Shown: positions 51,079 through 62,038 of the stretch, piece after piece
Layout: every line of letters begins with the position of its first letter
How positions within the stretch are numbered: position 1 is the first letter of the stretch
Origin: Tepidisphaera sp.
GTDB taxonomy: Bacteria > Planctomycetota > Phycisphaerae > Phycisphaerales > UBA1924
Direction: 5' to 3'
DNA length: 64,000 bases
NCBI GenBank assembly: GCA_050916045.1
Contig: CP051526.1
Span: 672,001-736,000, forward strand
The notes under the pieces: generated by a model
Database searches by the model: none
What the model was told of the DNA's origin: nothing
What the model saw: only the letters and a program-made list of their open reading frames with translations
Program-made: the position numbers and the translations under genes

Positions 51079-51155
51079 CGTGCTCCGTTCTTCTTGGCGG
51101 CGTGTGGCATGCTTCGGGCTTTGCAGAAGCATGTGAACCTTGGACGGTTGGTCCG

Positions 51156-51346
51156 CGACGCCGCAGGGGTCATCGACCATAGCCGGGGGCAACGCCCCCG
51201 GTTCCACGCCGCGATGACACGCGACGCTGCAAGGGTCGGATGGATGTCGAAGACACGACGCGATCGCACCCCTGCAGGGTGCGGGGCGATTGTCGCGTTC
51301 ACCGGGGGCGTTGCCCCCGGCTCCTTTCGATCAGCCCTGCGGGCTG
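51156..51346. repeat. REP/REPIN-like palindromic element, copy B (inverted relative to copy A)
   Basis: AGCCGGGGGCAACGCCCCCGGT at 51181-51202 and its perfect inverse at 51301-51322. Confidence 0.8.
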
Positions 51347-51353
51347 AAGAGCC

Positions 51354-51473
51354 GTGCCACCGATCGTGGCTCTGCACGATCGGTGCTCTTCGCGACACCC
51401 AACGCTCGCCCGGCCCTGCACCGATCGCTCCAAGCAGCGATCGGTGGCACGAGTCTGCGATCGGTGGCACCCG
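51354..51473. repeat. Second palindromic repeat cluster (CACCGATCG...CGATCGGTG)
   Basis: Hairpins at 51358-51385 and 51419-51446; CGATCGGTGGCAC repeated at ~51438 and ~51458. Confidence 0.65.
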
Positions 51474-51644
51474 CCGGCGTGGGGGCGTGGCCTCGAAGTT
51501 AGCCGAGTGGTAACGACCTCGAGGGTGGGGTACTCGCAGCGGAGGAAGAATCGAAACTGAAGCGAGTCTCGGTCCGCCTGTCTGTCCGCAGATAGAGATG
51601 TGTATAGACTTCCATGGCAGAGTTAGTATAGTACAGGAGAACAC

Positions 51645-52571
51645 ATGTCAAATAAATGGATTCGGTCCGTGACAAAGATTCTGGGATGTATTGTTGTACT
51701 GATCGCGGTGTTTAAATTTGCACAAAGAATGCTGGCCGGCGATGCCTTACACGCTGCGATGACCAACTCGATCATCGAGAAATCAATGAGCGTGAGTTTC
51801 TGGATGTGTGTTGAGGCTGCGGCAATCTGGTGGATCATCGGTGAAGTGCTGATCAAGGTGCGACACAAGACTACAACCCAGTGCGGTTCGTTTGAGGGGC
51901 AGGGTGGTGACATGCCCTGGCGTGGCGCGGGTTCTGGCGTTGCGTGGATATCTGCTGCACTCTGCGGTTTCCTCGTCGTGTTGCTAATTCTGTCTGCGGG
52001 CTCGCAGAATCATGGCTTGTTCTGGGCGAGGGGCCATGACTATTGGATGAGTCAGCCTGCGAATTTTCGCGAAGGGCTGCGCGGTAAAGTGTGGTTTATC
52101 ATCAATTGTATTGAGGCGGCCATGATCCTGATTGTAGCGGCAAGTATCTACATGGTCATCCCCCATCTTCACGAAATCGCGGTCACGATGTTGAAAAGAA
52201 TGAGTGGCGCCGCTGACGCCGATAGAGTGTTTTGCAAAGAGCGAGAATCATGGGCGCTATGGTCGGTAATGGGCACGATCGGCTTGCCGGTCGTTGTGAT
52301 GTCACTTTACTATGTATTATGGCACAACATGCCCGACCTCTCGATCGTCAAGCAGCCTGCGAGCACTGCACAAGAGCAAGCCGAGAAGATGTTCAGCCGC
52401 ACAAAGAACCTGCCTGCAATCGGATCTATGATCGGATACAGTATGCCGTTGTTTGTAGCTTCGTGCTGGTTCGCGATAAAGCTATACATTGCCGGGATTC
52501 TGGCTCCCGGCAACTTCGTATTGAACCTGCTCGGTGTAAAGCCGCCTCCGATCCACTCGAGGCGGGAGTAG
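51645..52571 (+). CDS. AT-rich hypothetical multi-TM membrane protein
   Basis: 308-aa hydrophobic ORF; TAGACT-16-TATAGT promoter-like sequence and AGGAG RBS upstream; foreign-looking codon usage. Confidence 0.65.
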   Translation: MSNKWIRSVTKILGCIVVLIAVFKFAQRMLAGDALHAAMTNSIIEKSMSVSFWMCVEAAAIWWIIGEVLIKVRHKTTTQCGSFEGQGGDMPWRGAGSGVAWISAALCGFLVVLLILSAGSQNHGLFWARGHDYWMSQPANFREGLRGKVWFIINCIEAAMILIVAASIYMVIPHLHEIAVTMLKRMSGAADADRVFCKERESWALWSVMGTIGLPVVVMSLYYVLWHNMPDLSIVKQPASTAQEQAEKMFSRTKNLPAIGSMIGYSMPLFVASCWFAIKLYIAGILAPGNFVLNLLGVKPPPIHSRRE

Positions 52572-52640
52572 TGACATGGTTAGGTAACGAAAAGAATACT
52601 TCTAGGCGTCTTTGGGCTCACTGTTGTGAAATGCACTGTC

Positions 52641-54485
<1,845 letters not shown>

Positions 54486-54625
54486 GTTCGGAGTCCTTTC
54501 GTAAGCGGGCGGAGTATAGGAGTTGGTGGCCCGGTTCCGCGAACCGGGTGCATTTCAGAGCCCGCCGCGCCAGCAAGGGGGAATCGGGAAGGGTCGTCCG
54601 ATCTGGATCGGGCCGACACGGCCGC

Positions 54626-55324
54626 TTAGGTCTGGGCCTCTCGCCCGCATTCCGTGCACACCGCCGACGTTCCGCGGGGGTATGTGCAGGCTTCGCAAAG
54701 CCCTCGGCGACGCCTGCTCGCCCGGACGGCCGGCCCGACCATCCAGAATCCCACCGCGATGAGTGAGCCGTAGAAAGTCGAGTTGAGAGCAAGACCGGGC
54801 CACCGGGGGTGGAGGGGGAGCCGCACGGGTTGGGTCGCGAGCGGGTTGAGCGGAGAGGGCAAGTCCCACACGTGCCATCCGCCGTACCACTTCGGGAAGT
54901 GGCCCGGGAACGCGATGGGGAACGGGCTAACGAATGAGCTGGGCGACTGCCAGGTACCGAGCTGCATGAACTTGTACCGAACCGTCGAGGCGGCGGGCCA
55001 GCCAAGCGCGGTCTCATCGACCTGGGTCAGCATGCCGCCGGATGAGGTCGAATAGGTCCGTGTGTACGCTCCGACGGAGTGCTTGGATGTGGTGACCCAT
55101 TCGACGCGCTCGGGGACATACTCGGGCGCGATCGAGCCGGGCCAGCTCGAAATCGGCAGGGGCCAAGCGGCATCACTGCTTTCGTCCGTGGTTTCGACAC
55201 GAATTTCGTCCTGCCACCACTGCGAACCGAGGCGATAGGCGAACCACCACGCGACGCCGTAGCTGATCACGGCGCCCGCGAGCAGGCAGAGGCCGATGCG
55301 GGGGATGTGGCGAGCGAGGGTCAT
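54626..55324 (-). CDS. Membrane protein with C-terminal zinc ribbon, paralog D
   Basis: TM...WPLPISSWP...GWP...WPGLALNSTFY...RRRRGLCEACTYP...CTECG. Confidence 0.75.
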   Translation of the reverse strand: MTLARHIPRIGLCLLAGAVISYGVAWWFAYRLGSQWWQDEIRVETTDESSDAAWPLPISSWPGSIAPEYVPERVEWVTTSKHSVGAYTRTYSTSSGGMLTQVDETALGWPAASTVRYKFMQLGTWQSPSSFVSPFPIAFPGHFPKWYGGWHVWDLPSPLNPLATQPVRLPLHPRWPGLALNSTFYGSLIAVGFWMVGPAVRASRRRRGLCEACTYPRGTSAVCTECGREAQT

Positions 55325-55971
55325 GCGAGAACACCTTGCTTGCCGCATTCCGTGCAGACGGCGGAAGCGCCGCGGGGGTAGCCGCATGCGACGCACAATC
55401 CCTTCCGTGTCCGCCGCCACGCCCGGAACCCAACGGCGAAGAACCAAAGCACGCCCGCCGGCACCGCGTAGAGCACCGTGCTCGCCGCGAACGCGCCCCA
55501 GACGGGGAGGACGGGGAAGTAGGCTTGGCCGTCGGGGACGATCGAGATCCCGGCAGGGTTGGGGTGCTTGAGCAGGTTGAGCCCGGCGTATCGCAGGTCA
55601 TCTGGTCGCTGCTGCCTCGGAAGGAGCGATGAGGTCATCGGCCAGCGCGAGGACGAGAAGCGGCGCATGCACGCGATAGGCCAGCCGCTTCGGATCTCGG
55701 TCACGTTGAACGAATCCACGGAGCCGTACGCGATGAACGAGCGGATCTGGATGCCGGGGCCGTCGAGCCGCTCCGCTTGCGTCGGGGAGGCGGCTTCGGC
55801 GGGCCACGTCGGGTCGATGGGCATCGGCCACGTTCGGTTTGCAAGCGGCGAAGAGGGCCCGAGGCCCATCCCGGAGAAGCGATACTCGCAGAGCCATGAG
55901 CTTGCGACGCTGAGGAGAGCTCCTGCGAAGAGGCAAGCGATCGTCGGGAGGATGAGTCGCTTGAGGTTCAT
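55321..55971 (-). CDS. Membrane protein with C-terminal zinc ribbon, paralog C
   Basis: TM...WPMPI..WP...SGWP...RKGLCVACGYP...CTECG; ATGA overlaps. Confidence 0.75.
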   Translation of the reverse strand: MNLKRLILPTIACLFAGALLSVASSWLCEYRFSGMGLGPSSPLANRTWPMPIDPTWPAEAASPTQAERLDGPGIQIRSFIAYGSVDSFNVTEIRSGWPIACMRRFSSSRWPMTSSLLPRQQRPDDLRYAGLNLLKHPNPAGISIVPDGQAYFPVLPVWGAFAASTVLYAVPAGVLWFFAVGFRAWRRTRKGLCVACGYPRGASAVCTECGKQGVLA

Positions 55972-56654
55972 GCGTGAGCCCGCTTGTGACCGCATTCCGT
56001 GCAGATCGCGGCTTGACCCATGGGGTAGCCGCACTCCGGGCAGTTTCCCCGTCGCCGCCGCATCCAGGAGCGAACCATCCCGGCACTTCGGACACACGCG
56101 ACCGCCGCACCAGCGTAGACCAAGGTGTTCACCGCGAGGCCGGGCCAGAGAGGCTTGAGCGGGACCCATACGGGCACCGCGACGGTGGTGTAGATCGCGT
56201 GCGACCGGTCGATCGCGTTCCACCCGCCGTGCCACGACAGGGCGGGCGGCTTGAGCACGGCTTTCCATGGCCGAAGCTCGTCGTAGTTCAGGTGCGACCG
56301 GGTGGCGCAGCGCATGGGCCAGCCGGCTTGCGTCTCGACCATGTCGTACGAGGTCATTCCGCCATAGCCCCCGAGCTCGATCCGGCTGATGCCCCACGCC
56401 GGCTCGCGACGGTTCACCCACGATGGTCGCTCCGGGATCGAGTCCGTCGCGGCCCAGGACGGCCACGAGGAGGCGGGGATGGGCCAGTCGAGGGTCGTGG
56501 CGGGTTGCGGCTTTCGCTCGGGGAGGATGTCCGAGTACATGACGGGCGTGCTGAGATAGACGAGAGCCCAAGCCGACAGATAGCTGAGAGCGGCGCCGAC
56601 CGCGAGAAGCCTCGCGGCGAGCCATGCGACCGGGATGAGTCGCTTGGCGGTCAT
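55968..56654 (-). CDS. Membrane protein with C-terminal zinc ribbon, paralog B
   Basis: TM...WPIPASSWP...AGWP...WPGLAVN...RRRRGNCPECGYP...CTECG. Confidence 0.75.
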   Translation of the reverse strand: MTAKRLIPVAWLAARLLAVGAALSYLSAWALVYLSTPVMYSDILPERKPQPATTLDWPIPASSWPSWAATDSIPERPSWVNRREPAWGISRIELGGYGGMTSYDMVETQAGWPMRCATRSHLNYDELRPWKAVLKPPALSWHGGWNAIDRSHAIYTTVAVPVWVPLKPLWPGLAVNTLVYAGAAVACVRSAGMVRSWMRRRRGNCPECGYPMGQAAICTECGHKRAHA

Positions 56655-57328
56655 GGCCGGGGGGCGGCTCCGCATTCGGAACAGACGGGGCCGACGCCGA
56701 TGGGGTACCCGCACGCTTCGCAGCAGCCTCGCCGCCGACGCCGAGCGCGTCGAATGCGGCCAACCCCGAACGCGACAAAGTACAAACTCCCGCCGTAGAA
56801 CATGGAGTTCACCGCGAGGCCGAACCAAACGGGTTGCACCGGAAAGTAAACCGGCTCCGGCCGGGTCCAGGTGTTGGTTGGAGCTTTGTCGACCAGGTTC
56901 CACCCTGCGTACCAGGGTCGATCGTTCTCCCGCGATCCGGCCGGAATGGTCTTCGGAAGGGGCATGACGGTGTCTGAGACCGTGAACCGCGCTGCGCAGC
57001 CCATCGGCCAGCCGGACCGAGATTCCTTCACGAACCATGTCGTGCCATTCTGACTCCCGAGTCCGAGCGTCACGCGAGCGCCCAACGCGGGGCGGTAGGT
57101 GAAGACGGTGGAGGGCCGCTCGGGTCGGTCCGCTCCCTCTGTCCACGCGGGCCATTCCGAGATCGAAAGCGGCCACCCTCTTCCCTCCTCATGAACGACG
57201 GCGGAACCGGCGTTGAATGGCGTAGGGGGCGTGTTGAGGTACTCCGCTCCCCACGCGACGGCGAAGCTGACGAGCGCGCCGACGAGCAGACACCCCGCCA
57301 TCGTCAAGCCCATCGTGATTGTGGTCAT
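56651..57328 (-). CDS. Membrane protein with C-terminal zinc ribbon, paralog A
   Basis: TM...WPLSISEWP...SGWP...WFGLAVN...RRRRGCCEACGYP...CSECG. Confidence 0.75.
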   Translation of the reverse strand: MTTITMGLTMAGCLLVGALVSFAVAWGAEYLNTPPTPFNAGSAVVHEEGRGWPLSISEWPAWTEGADRPERPSTVFTYRPALGARVTLGLGSQNGTTWFVKESRSGWPMGCAARFTVSDTVMPLPKTIPAGSRENDRPWYAGWNLVDKAPTNTWTRPEPVYFPVQPVWFGLAVNSMFYGGSLYFVAFGVGRIRRARRRRRGCCEACGYPIGVGPVCSECGAAPRP

Positions 57329-57365
57329 GCGTGAGCCTCCGATGAATCAGCTCGCCCGCTCGCTC

Positions 57366-58655
57366 CTAATCCGGATCCACCGCTTCCACAAGCCCCAGCA
57401 CCACCGTGTTCGTCACCAGCCAGCCCTTATCCGTCAAGCTCCAGCGCGCGGAGGTCTCTTTCAGTTCGCCGGTTGCCACCAGCCGGTTCGCCGCTTGCCT
57501 TAATTCCTGGCCGGATCCCGGGCGGAGGCGGTTCGCTTCCGCGATCGCGGCCGCTCCGTCGAGGCCTTCGCTGATCCGCACGCCGGTCATGATTTTCTCG
57601 ACCAGCGCCCGCAGGGCGTCGGGTCCTTCGACATCGACGGCTCCGGGTAAACCCGTGGGGCTTTCCTTGAGGTAGTCATCGAGCCGGGGCACGTTCTTCC
57701 ACCGCCATGCTCCGGGCGTGCCGGAGGGGTCCATCAGCCGGATGTGGCCGCTTGCGCTCGGCCCCGCCGCGAGCCATTCCTCCTGCCGCCAGTAGGCGAG
57801 GTTGTGCTGGCTTTCGCAACCGGGCTTGGCGAAGTTGCTCACCTCGTACCGGTCCATCCCTGCGGTACGGACGTGGCGGAGTGTCGCGTGGAACATCTCG
57901 ACCTCGACCTCTTCCTCCGCGGGGATGAAGTGGCCGAGTTCGAGTCGCTTGGTCATCGCGGTGTTGGGCTCGTACGTCAGGTTGTAGCAGGAGAGGTGCT
58001 CGGTGCCGATCGAGAGCGCCGTGCGAAGGTCACTCTCCCAGTCCGCAAGCGTCTGCCCCGGGATGCCGAAAATAAGATCCATCGACTGGCGGGGGATCCC
58101 GGCGGCGCGGGCCAGGTCGATCGCTTTCGCGACGTTCGCCGGGTCGTGCCAGCGTTCAAGCGTCTTGAGGTGCACGGGATTGAACGATTGAGCCCCCACG
58201 CTCACCCGGTCCACACCGCCGCTACGGAGCGTTTCCATCAGTTCCGCTGAGACCGTCTCGGGATTGCACTCGACCGTGAACTCGCCCCGGCCCGCGCGGA
58301 TCTCGGAGAGGTCGAACCGATCGGCGAGTGTCGCGAGGAGCCGCTTCCAGTGCTCGACGGCGAGCAAGCTGGGCGTCCCGCCCCCGACGAAGATCGTCCG
58401 GAGGGGCTTGCCCACCGCGAACGGGGCCAAAGCCGCAAGCTCCGCGAGCAGCCGGTCGGTGAACGTCGCTTGCCGGTCCCGGGTGTCGACCAAGCTGTAG
58501 AAGTCGCAGTAGTGGCACTTGTGGAAGCAGAACGGGACGTGGATGTAAAGCGAGCGGGCGGGGCCCTCCGCCGACGCGCGTCCGCTTGCAAGCGGATGCG
58601 GCAGCGCCCCGGCGGCGGGCGAGAGAACGGGGATCGAGTGGTTCGGCGAGGGCAA
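57366..58655 (-). CDS. hemW: Radical SAM heme chaperone HemW (HemN-like)
   Basis: LYIHVPFCFHKCHYCDF, GGGTPS, YEVSNF, HNLAYW; TTG start after GGAG inferred. Confidence 0.88.
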   Translation of the reverse strand: MPSPNHSIPVLSPAAGALPHPLASGRASAEGPARSLYIHVPFCFHKCHYCDFYSLVDTRDRQATFTDRLLAELAALAPFAVGKPLRTIFVGGGTPSLLAVEHWKRLLATLADRFDLSEIRAGRGEFTVECNPETVSAELMETLRSGGVDRVSVGAQSFNPVHLKTLERWHDPANVAKAIDLARAAGIPRQSMDLIFGIPGQTLADWESDLRTALSIGTEHLSCYNLTYEPNTAMTKRLELGHFIPAEEEVEVEMFHATLRHVRTAGMDRYEVSNFAKPGCESQHNLAYWRQEEWLAAGPSASGHIRLMDPSGTPGAWRWKNVPRLDDYLKESPTGLPGAVDVEGPDALRALVEKIMTGVRISEGLDGAAAIAEANRLRPGSGQELRQAANRLVATGELKETSARWSLTDKGWLVTNTVVLGLVEAVDPD

Positions 58656-58849
58656 ACGGTGCTCCGACCAAGCGGGGTGCGGGTTCAGCGGCCTGCCGAC
58701 GGGATCGAGCAAGCGGCGGGGGGACTTCGGGAGCCGGGGCACGGAAGGGGCCGCTGCCGTGGTCCAAGGTCGGGTACGATTGGGTGGCCTGTCTGGGGGG
58801 GCAGGTCGGAAACGCAGGAGCCTTCGGGGGCACGGAAAGGATACTCGTC

Positions 58850-59395
58850 GTGAACGCTTCACTCGTCTTTGTCATGCCCGATGGCTCACAGAAAGAAGTC
58901 TCCCTCAAGAAGTCGCGTCTGGTCGTCGGACGGCAGGAGGGCGTGCAGATCCGCCTGAACAGCGCTTCGATCTCACGCCAGCACTGCGAATTCATGGTGG
59001 ATGACGCCGGGCTCGCGATCAAGGACCTGGGCTCGAGCAACGGCACGTTCGTCAACAAGCGTCGGATCACCCAGACCGTGCTGGCCGCCGGCGACATCGT
59101 CGGGATCGGGAATCACGTCCTGGTCGTTCGCATCGACGGAGCCCCGGGGAAGATCGACTCGGCGGACGTCACCCGCCGAGGCTTGGTCGCGCCCGCTTCC
59201 CCCTCGCCCAGCTCGCTGGGGAGCGCCGGGGTCGCGGTCGCCAAGCCCAAAGCTGCCGCGGCCCGACCCGCCGGGGACGACGAACTCCTCGATGAGGACA
59301 ACAAAGCCCGTGAAAAGGGCGGTGACAGCGACTCTTCCAGCGAATGGGATTTCGACTTCCTGGACGGCAAGGACAAGGACCTGCCCAAGCTCTGA
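58850..59395 (+). CDS. FHA domain protein
   Basis: VGR, ISRQHC, DLGSSNGTFVN. Confidence 0.88.
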   Translation: MNASLVFVMPDGSQKEVSLKKSRLVVGRQEGVQIRLNSASISRQHCEFMVDDAGLAIKDLGSSNGTFVNKRRITQTVLAAGDIVGIGNHVLVVRIDGAPGKIDSADVTRRGLVAPASPSPSSLGSAGVAVAKPKAAAARPAGDDELLDEDNKAREKGGDSDSSSEWDFDFLDGKDKDLPKL

Positions 59396-59427
59396 CCGGC
59401 ACCCGGCCGCAAAGCCGGGCCGCGGGC

Positions 59428-59616
59428 TCAGGCGGCTCCCTTGTCCTTCTTCTCCGCCGGAGGCTCGGTGGCTTTCGCGGGCGGAGCGGCCGGAATGCGG
59501 ATGCTCGTCGTGCAGCCCTTGCACCTGACGGTCTTGCCCCGGGCCGATTGCGGCACCGCCAGCACCAACCGGCAGTTCAGGTTCGGACACATGATGCGGA
59601 GATGATCGTTCGGCAT
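59428..59616 (-). CDS. Small zinc-ribbon protein
   Basis: CPNLNC...RGKTVRCKGC. Confidence 0.65.
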   Translation of the reverse strand: MPNDHLRIMCPNLNCRLVLAVPQSARGKTVRCKGCTTSIRIPAAPPAKATEPPAEKKDKGAA

Positions 59617-59763
59617 GGATTTCCCATGGCCAGCATCGGCCCGCGCGGGCCGAGGCTTGAGCCTGCCCGAGACTCTTCCGCCCGTCCGTGACCTTGAAGC
59701 CCGAGAACCCTAACGTTCTCTCTTGTGGCCGGGCCCACCCCGGCGAACGTTCCGGAGCCACCG

Positions 59764-61104
59764 ATGTCGCAGTCAGTCCCCTCCCAAGCTCAGTGCACCG
59801 CCGTCGTCGGACTCCAGTGGGGAGACGAAGGAAAGGGCAAGATCGTCGACCTGCTCGCACGTGACCACGATGGCGTCGTCCGATACAACGGCGGCGCCAA
59901 CGCGGGCCACTCCGTCGTGATCAAGGGCGAGCGCTATGCCCTGCACCTCATCCCCGCGGGCATCCTGACCCCCGGCAAGCTTGCGGTCATCGGCAATGGC
60001 GTCGTGATCGACCCCGAGTGGCTCTTGAAGGAGATCGACACCGTCAAGAGCCGCGGCGTCGATATGTCGGGCCTCATCATCTCCTCGCGGGCCCACGTCG
60101 TCATGCCCTATCACAAGGACGAGGACGGCTTCCGTGAGGATGTCCTCAAGCGGGCGGGCTCGCAGCGCCCCGTCGGGTCCGGCGAGGGCCAGACGGAGAT
60201 CGGCACCACCAAGCGCGGCATCGGCCCGGCGTACGCGGACAAAGCCCAGCGGGCGACGGCCATCCGCATGGGCGATCTGCTCCGCCCCGACACCCTTCGA
60301 GCCAAGGTGCAGCTCGCCTGTGCGCTCAAGCAGGCCATGCTCCACGATCTCTCCGGCGGCGTGCACAAGCTCGACGCCGAGGACATCGTCGCCCGTGCCC
60401 TCGCGGCGGGGGAGAAGCTCGGTCCGATGATCCGCGACACGACGTACCTGCTTCACGAAATGCTGGGTGCCGGCAAGAAGGTGCTCTTCGAATCGGCCAA
60501 CGGCACGCTTCTGGACGTCGACCACGGGACGTATCCGTACGTGACAGCGTCGTCGTGCGCGATCAGCGGGATCGGGCCGGGCACGGGCGTTCCGGTGCAG
60601 CGCGTGGGGCGGGTGCTGGGCGTGATGAAGGCGTATTCGACGCGTGTGGGCTCGGGCCCGATGCCGACGGAGCTTTTCGACGCGACGGCGGACGGGATCC
60701 GGACGCGGGGCCGCGAGTTTGGCACGACGACGGGCCGGCCGCGCCGCGTGGGCTGGCTTGACTTGGTCGCCGTGAAGTACTCGACGATGATCAACGGCGT
60801 TTCGGGGCTTTGCCTGACGCTTTTGGATGTGCTTTCGGGGGTCGATGAGCTCAAGGTCTGCACGGCGTACGAGATCGACGGTCAGCGGACGGACCGGTTC
60901 CTGCCCGACGGGGCGGATCTGGCCCGCGCCAAGCCGATTTTCACGACCCTTCCGGGGTTCCCCGAAGCCGTGGGGGCCGCAAAGCAGCTCTCGGACCTCC
61001 CGGCCGCGGCGCGAAAGTACATCGACTTCATTCAGAATCACACGGGTGTGCCGATGGCGATTGTCTCTGTCGGCCCCGACCGCGAACAGACGATGATGGT
61101 CTGA
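59764..61104 (+). CDS. purA: Adenylosuccinate synthetase
   Basis: QWGDEGKGK, GGANAGH, GTTKRGIGPAY, GTTTGRPRR. Confidence 0.97.
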   Translation: MSQSVPSQAQCTAVVGLQWGDEGKGKIVDLLARDHDGVVRYNGGANAGHSVVIKGERYALHLIPAGILTPGKLAVIGNGVVIDPEWLLKEIDTVKSRGVDMSGLIISSRAHVVMPYHKDEDGFREDVLKRAGSQRPVGSGEGQTEIGTTKRGIGPAYADKAQRATAIRMGDLLRPDTLRAKVQLACALKQAMLHDLSGGVHKLDAEDIVARALAAGEKLGPMIRDTTYLLHEMLGAGKKVLFESANGTLLDVDHGTYPYVTASSCAISGIGPGTGVPVQRVGRVLGVMKAYSTRVGSGPMPTELFDATADGIRTRGREFGTTTGRPRRVGWLDLVAVKYSTMINGVSGLCLTLLDVLSGVDELKVCTAYEIDGQRTDRFLPDGADLARAKPIFTTLPGFPEAVGAAKQLSDLPAAARKYIDFIQNHTGVPMAIVSVGPDREQTMMV

Positions 61105-61121
61105 CGTAACGAGCGGATCCC

Positions 61122-61952
61122 ATGCCCCAGGCACCGCCTGCCATCCCGACCTCGCCGCACCTCAGCGACCCCACGGCGGTCGCGGCGGCGGAAGCGATCC
61201 GCGCGCGGGTCCCCCGGGCCGATCCTCTGCGGTACCTTCCCGACGTTCACCCCCTCCGGATCCCCAGGCACATCGCTGTGATCATGGACGGCAACGGCCG
61301 CTGGGCGAAAGCACGCGGGTTTGACCGCACGTTCGGCCACCGCAACGGCGCTCGCGTCGTGCGGGAGACGCTCGAGGAGTGCGTTCGCGTGGGCGTCGAG
61401 GTGCTGACGCTTTATTCCTTCAGCCAAGAGAACTGGAAGCGTCCCGCGGACGAGGTTGCAGCGCTGATGATGCTCTGCGAGACGTACCTGGCGGGGGAAC
61501 GCGACCACATGGTCCGCGAGGGGATCCGGTTTCGGATGATCGGCGATCGCGAGGGGCTTCCGGCGTCCGTCCGCGAAGCGATCGAGCAGACGGAACGGGC
61601 GACCGCTCGCTCGGACGGCACCATGCTCGTGCTGGCGCTCAATTACGGCAGTCGGTCGGAGATCACCCGTGCCGCCCGGACGCTGGCCGAGCGGGTCGAA
61701 TCGGGGACGCTCCGCCCGGACCAGATCACGCCGGAACTGCTGGATTCGGCGCTGGACACGGCGGGGATGCCCGACCCGGACCTGCTGATCCGGACGGCGG
61801 GGGAGATGCGGGTGTCGAACTACCTGCTTTGGCAGATCAGCTACGCCGAGTTTCACGTGACGCAGACACTCTGGCCGGATTTCGGTCCTTCGGACCTTCA
61901 CGCGGCGATCCGCGACTATGCGGGGCGGAACCGGAAATTCGGCGGGCTCTGA
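61122..61952 (+). CDS. uppS: Undecaprenyl diphosphate synthase
   Basis: HIAVIMDGNGRWA, YSFSQENWKRP, DLLIRT.GE.R.SNYLLWQ. Confidence 0.95.
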   Translation: MPQAPPAIPTSPHLSDPTAVAAAEAIRARVPRADPLRYLPDVHPLRIPRHIAVIMDGNGRWAKARGFDRTFGHRNGARVVRETLEECVRVGVEVLTLYSFSQENWKRPADEVAALMMLCETYLAGERDHMVREGIRFRMIGDREGLPASVREAIEQTERATARSDGTMLVLALNYGSRSEITRAARTLAERVESGTLRPDQITPELLDSALDTAGMPDPDLLIRTAGEMRVSNYLLWQISYAEFHVTQTLWPDFGPSDLHAAIRDYAGRNRKFGGL

Positions 61953-62038
61953 GGGCACTTTAGAGGGCGTTTCCGGCCTCGGGCTTGCCCCGGGGGGCTC
62001 TCCGCTCCCGGGTGCGGAGTCCTGTATGATGGCGCTCG

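Noticed and set aside
54626..57328. Diversity-generating retroelement targets
   Set aside because: No reverse transcriptase and no near-identical TR/VR pair with adenine-specific differences
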